Assembly: GCA_913020725.1 (NCBI GenBank)
Contig: CAJWCD010000123.1
Span: 1 to 10,691, forward strand
Direction of reading: 5' to 3'
DNA: 10,691 nt
DNA from: an uncultured Pseudomonadota bacterium
GTDB taxonomy: Bacteria > SAR324 > NAC60-12
The position numbers and the translations under genes were made by a program. Shown piece after piece: positions 7,376-10,691 of this stretch (within the stretch, counting starts at the first letter, position 1; each line of letters begins with the position of its first letter). The notes under the pieces are model-generated. The model did not search any database, was not told the DNA's origin, and saw only the letters and a program-made list of their open reading frames with translations.

Positions 7376-7652
7376 GGAATGTAATTTAAGACATCAAATC
7401 ACGAAAAACTTTAAAAAACAAGTTTTAGCTTTTATTTTCAGTTATATAGATGGTTTTTACACCCTCTGAACACTTATGACTCAGGAGTCCGTTGATTTGT
7501 TTTTGCTCTGCAAAATGGAGCGGAAAGAAGGAGAGTTCAACAGTCCTGTCAAGATTTTAGGAATGGCAATCCATCATGCAGTTTGCTAAGATTTCTTTAT
7601 CATGTAGGGCAAGCATCCGCTTCCCTGCTGGAACCATTTTCAAAGGTGTGGG

Positions 7653-10055
7653 ATGAGCGGTCTCTCTTGGAATTCTTTTTGGAAACGCTTGCCAAACGCG
7701 GAAGAAGCGCTGGCCCTTGCCGAAATCACGGACACCCGGAAGCTGACTCAACTCGCCGGACGCCTCCGGGATCAGGGGCACGGCAACCTCGTCTCGCACT
7801 CCCGGAAAATCTTCATCCCGCTCACGAAGCTTTGCCGCGATTTCTGCCACTACTGCACCTTCGCCCAGCCTCCGAGCAAGCAGCGTCGCGGCTTCATGAC
7901 TCCGGACGAGGTACTGGCCCTCGTCAGGCAGGGCGAAGCCGCTGGCTGCAAGGAGGCGCTGTTCACCTTGGGCGACAAGCCGGAACTGCGCTACGGGGCG
8001 GCTCGGGAAGAACTGGCGGACTTGGGACACGAAACCACGCTTTCGTATCTCGCCGAAATTGCGGGACGGGTCGTTTCCGAAACGAAACTCCTGCCCCACC
8101 TCAATGCCGGGGTGATGTCCGCCGAGGATTTGCGGAAGCTACGGCAGGTCTCGGTTTCGCAGGGCTTGATGCTGGAAAGCGTTTCCCCGCGCCTGAGTCA
8201 AAAAGGCGGGCCGCATTACGGTTCGCCGGACAAGCATCCGGAGCTTCGGCTGGAAACGATTCGGCTCGCGGGAGTCGAGAACATTCCGTTCACCTCCGGA
8301 ATTCTGATCGGCATTGGAGAAACCCGCCGCGAGCGCATCGAGTCGCTGCTGGCCTTGCGGGAATTGCACGAACGGCACGGACACCTTCAGGAAATCATCA
8401 TCCAGAACTTCCGGGCCAAACCGGACACCAAAATGGCGAAAGCTCCGGAACCGAGCCTTGCAGAACTAGTCTGGACGATTGCGGTGGCGCGGATCATCTT
8501 TGGGCCGAAAATGAACCTTCAGGCTCCTCCCAACCTCAGTTCCGGGGAACTCTCGGCATTGGTCGAGGCAGGAATCAACGACTGGGGTGGCATCTCTCCG
8601 GTGACACCCGATCACGTCAATCCGGAAGCCCCGTGGCCGGAGTTGGTGGAATTGTCGCAGGCCACCGCCGAATGCGGCAAATTGCTGACGGAACGGCTGG
8701 CGATTTATCCGGGCTATGCCGTCGCGGGCGAGGCATGGCTGGACGATGCCGTACGTCCGCAAGTCCGGCGTTTGACTGACGGGGAAGGCTTCGCCCGTGT
8801 CGATTCGTGGTCTCCCGGACAAGGAATGTCGCCCCCGAAAATGGCGGAACCTCCAAGTTCTCCCCTTTGGCAAAGGGGGGCTAGGGGGGATTTTGAGGAA
8901 CTGCTGGCGAAACCCACAAACACTGCGGAGTGGTCAGAAGCGGAGATCGAACGGTTGTTGCGCTCACGCGGAGGCGAGTTTGAGGCCGTTTGTGTGGCTG
9001 CCGATACGCTCCGGAAGCAGGTGAGCGGGGAAGTCGTCACCTACGCGGTCAACCGCAACATCAACTACACGAACATCTGCTATTTCCGTTGCGGCTTCTG
9101 TGCATTTTCCAAAGGAAAGATGTCGGAAAACCTGCGGGGCAAGCCCTACAATCTTGGATTGGACGAGATCGTGCGACGCACCGAAGAGGCGTGGACGCGG
9201 GGAGCGACGGAGGTTTGTCTGCAAGGCGGGATTCATCCAAGCTACACGGGCCAAACCTACCTCGACATCTGCACCGCGCTCAAAGCCGCTGTTCCGGAAA
9301 TGCACCTCCACGCCTTCTCGCCGCTGGAAATCTGGCAAGGGGCGCAGACGCTCGACCTGACCGTTGCTGAATTTTTGCGTCGCTTGCACGAGGCAGGACT
9401 CGGCACCCTACCCGGAACCGCCGCTGAGGTGCTGGACGACGAGGTGCGAGCGGTGATCTGTCCGGACAAGCTTTCGACGGCGCAGTGGCTTTCCGTGATG
9501 CGCGATGCCCACGAGGTTGGTTTCCGCACCACCGCCACCCTGATGTACGGTCATGTCGAAACGCCCCGGCAAGTGGCGCGTCACTTTCTGCGTTTGCGCG
9601 AACTCCAGCGGCAGACCGGGGGCTTCACCGAATTCGTGCCCCTGCCCTTTGTCCACATGGAAGCTCCACTTTATTTGCAAGGCAAAGCCCGTCCGGGGCC
9701 GACTTTCCGGGAGGCGGTGCTGGTTCATGCGGTGGCCCGCTTGGTGTTGCATCCGCACTTCTCAAACATCCAGACCTCGTGGGTGAAGATGGGTCCGGAA
9801 GGTGTGAAAGCCTGCCTCAACGCAGGAGTCAACGACTTGGGGGGCACGCTGATGAACGAGAGCATCACCCGCGCTGCGGGCACGGTTCACGGGCAGGAGT
9901 TGCGTCCGGAAGACATGGAGTCTTTGATTGCCAGTGTTGGGCGCATCCCTCGTCAGCGCACCACCCTTTACGAAACGCCGAACCCACAACAAACCGCTAA
10001 ATCCTACGGCCACACCGAATCCGTCTCGCTGAGAGGATTACCGTTGGCTGTGTAA
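7653..10055 (+). CDS. fbiC: Bifunctional FO synthase (7,8-didemethyl-8-hydroxy-5-deazariboflavin synthase, CofG-CofH fusion)
   Basis: 800 aa with two radical-SAM CxxxCxxC motifs. CofG-like half: SRKIFIPLTKLCRDFCHYC (Cys motif 7833-7856), GCKEALFTLGDKPE, GSPDK, IIQNFRAKP, QAPPNL, GINDWGGISPVTPDHVNPEAPWP. CofH-like half: NRNINYTNICYFRCGFC (9078-9101), EVCLQGG, HAFSP, LPGTAAE, EFVPLPF, IQTSWVKMG, NDLGGTLMNESITRAAG, QRTTLY. Confidence 0.97.
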   Translation: MSGLSWNSFWKRLPNAEEALALAEITDTRKLTQLAGRLRDQGHGNLVSHSRKIFIPLTKLCRDFCHYCTFAQPPSKQRRGFMTPDEVLALVRQGEAAGCKEALFTLGDKPELRYGAAREELADLGHETTLSYLAEIAGRVVSETKLLPHLNAGVMSAEDLRKLRQVSVSQGLMLESVSPRLSQKGGPHYGSPDKHPELRLETIRLAGVENIPFTSGILIGIGETRRERIESLLALRELHERHGHLQEIIIQNFRAKPDTKMAKAPEPSLAELVWTIAVARIIFGPKMNLQAPPNLSSGELSALVEAGINDWGGISPVTPDHVNPEAPWPELVELSQATAECGKLLTERLAIYPGYAVAGEAWLDDAVRPQVRRLTDGEGFARVDSWSPGQGMSPPKMAEPPSSPLWQRGARGDFEELLAKPTNTAEWSEAEIERLLRSRGGEFEAVCVAADTLRKQVSGEVVTYAVNRNINYTNICYFRCGFCAFSKGKMSENLRGKPYNLGLDEIVRRTEEAWTRGATEVCLQGGIHPSYTGQTYLDICTALKAAVPEMHLHAFSPLEIWQGAQTLDLTVAEFLRRLHEAGLGTLPGTAAEVLDDEVRAVICPDKLSTAQWLSVMRDAHEVGFRTTATLMYGHVETPRQVARHFLRLRELQRQTGGFTEFVPLPFVHMEAPLYLQGKARPGPTFREAVLVHAVARLVLHPHFSNIQTSWVKMGPEGVKACLNAGVNDLGGTLMNESITRAAGTVHGQELRPEDMESLIASVGRIPRQRTTLYETPNPQQTAKSYGHTESVSLRGLPLAV

Positions 10056-10142
10056 CAACCCGCACAGAGTTTTCCATTGTGGTTTTGAGGTTCATGCAGT
10101 CTTGCGGCAAGCTTCAATGGGAACTGTGAGCCGTGCTTGGAA

Positions 10143-10691
10143 TTAGCTGCTGTCGCCAGAAATATTTGGGTTGGAGGCTTCGAATTCCAACAGCCGTGCC
10201 TGCGCAGCCACCAAGTCACCCTTGGCGCAGAGCAACTGCTTGACCACGCCAGCGTCCGGGGCAGAGATCGTGTGTTCCATCTTCATCGCCTCCAGCGTTA
10301 GCAATGGCTGCCCGCGTCGCACCGTTTCCCCGGCGGCCACGAGAACTTCAACGATGGTGCCCGGCATCGGGGCGCTGAGACTCGGTTGCTGCGAATCTTC
10401 TGTGGACGACCACAGCAGTCGGGGTTTCGGGGTGAATCGCTCACGAACTTCGGGGCTTTCCGGATCGGTCGGAATCACCCAAAACGCGGCCTCCGGCGAG
10501 TCGGCTTCCTGCAAAATCCGGAAGGAGAACCGTAAGTTTTGTCCTGTGAGCAAGCAGCCCTGCTGCGTTTCCTGAAACTCCAATTCGATGTGTTCGTCAT
10601 TCTGAATCACCGTGAACCACAGTGGGAGGTGGGGGCGGGTTTGAAACCCACCCCTACCGGAAACCTGCCGTGCGCTGGTCTTCACGGCAAG
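10143..10691 (-). CDS. Biotin-dependent acyl-CoA carboxylase alpha subunit, C-terminal part with biotinyl-carrier domain (probably 5'-partial)
   Basis: LSAPMPGTIVEVLV..GETVRRGQPLLTLEAMKMEHTISAPDAGVV: biotinylation motif EAMKM at 10292-10278. The frame is open to the window edge (CTT GCC GTG...), so the gene probably starts beyond 10691. The APMPG/MEHTI pattern resembles methylcrotonyl/geranyl/propionyl-CoA carboxylase alpha chains. Confidence 0.88.
   Translation of the reverse strand, partial: LAVKTSARQVSGRGGFQTRPHLPLWFTVIQNDEHIELEFQETQQGCLLTGQNLRFSFRILQEADSPEAAFWVIPTDPESPEVRERFTPKPRLLWSSTEDSQQPSLSAPMPGTIVEVLVAAGETVRRGQPLLTLEAMKMEHTISAPDAGVVKQLLCAKGDLVAAQARLLEFEASNPNISGDSS
10629..10657 (-). 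repeat. GTAG-family REP-like palindromic element inside the carboxylase CDS
   Basis: Minus strand GTAGGGGTGGGTTTCAAACCCGCCCCCAC: 5' GTAG followed by a 29-bp near-perfect palindrome (2 non-Watson-Crick positions) centred on 10643. Confidence 0.75.

Noticed and set aside
7254..7557. 11-bp repeat TGTCAAGATTT at 7254-7264 and 7547-7557 as a target-site duplication
   Set aside because: Both copies are explained as reverse-strand TTGACA-type motifs in AT-rich DNA, and no mobile-element features lie between them.
7564..7579. Possible sigma54 promoter TGGCAATCCATCATGC upstream of fbiC
   Set aside because: GG-to-GC spacing is 11 nt rather than the strictly required 10.
7077..7652. CRISPR array, tRNA, riboswitch or small CDS in the long intergenic region
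   Set aside because: Only two repeat copies and no cas genes; no cloverleaf or recognisable aptamer (e.g. FMN) by eye. The 7557-8099 minus ORF is antisense to fbiC. An Rfam scan was not possible.
7583..8779. 398-aa alternative-frame ORF overlapping fbiC
   Set aside because: Arg/Gly/Ala-rich with no recognisable motif; an expected shadow ORF of a GC-rich gene whose real frame carries clear CofG motifs.
7653..10055. Alternative assignment as menaquinone futalosine-pathway MqnC/MqnE
   Set aside because: It has two radical-SAM domains, with CofG-specific motifs in the N-terminal half; MqnC and MqnE are single-domain proteins.

Overview
Bacterial genomic window. Left end: a scar of two decayed insertion sequences. 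An IS30-family transposase N-terminal fragment (+) is fused head-on to a truncated IS3-family element (-), whose putative left end lies 1 bp past the stop codon of the next gene. Centre: a split-beta-barrel (pyridoxamine-5'-phosphate-oxidase-like, possibly F420-dependent) oxidoreductase gene is divergent from a sugar-type ABC substrate-binding protein + metallo-beta-lactamase-fold hydrolase pair. That pair converges on a permease-ATPase-permease operon of the CUT2 (ribose/polyol/nucleoside-type) ABC family. An AT-rich ~575-bp divergent control region with a 19-bp palindromic direct repeat leads to a stand-alone bifunctional FO synthase (fbiC, CofG+CofH). Right end: the 3' part of a biotin-dependent carboxylase subunit carrying a GTAG-type REP palindrome in frame. 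The best candidate novel system is a deazaflavin (FO/F420)-linked uptake and catabolism locus; this is inferred from gene neighbourhood only.
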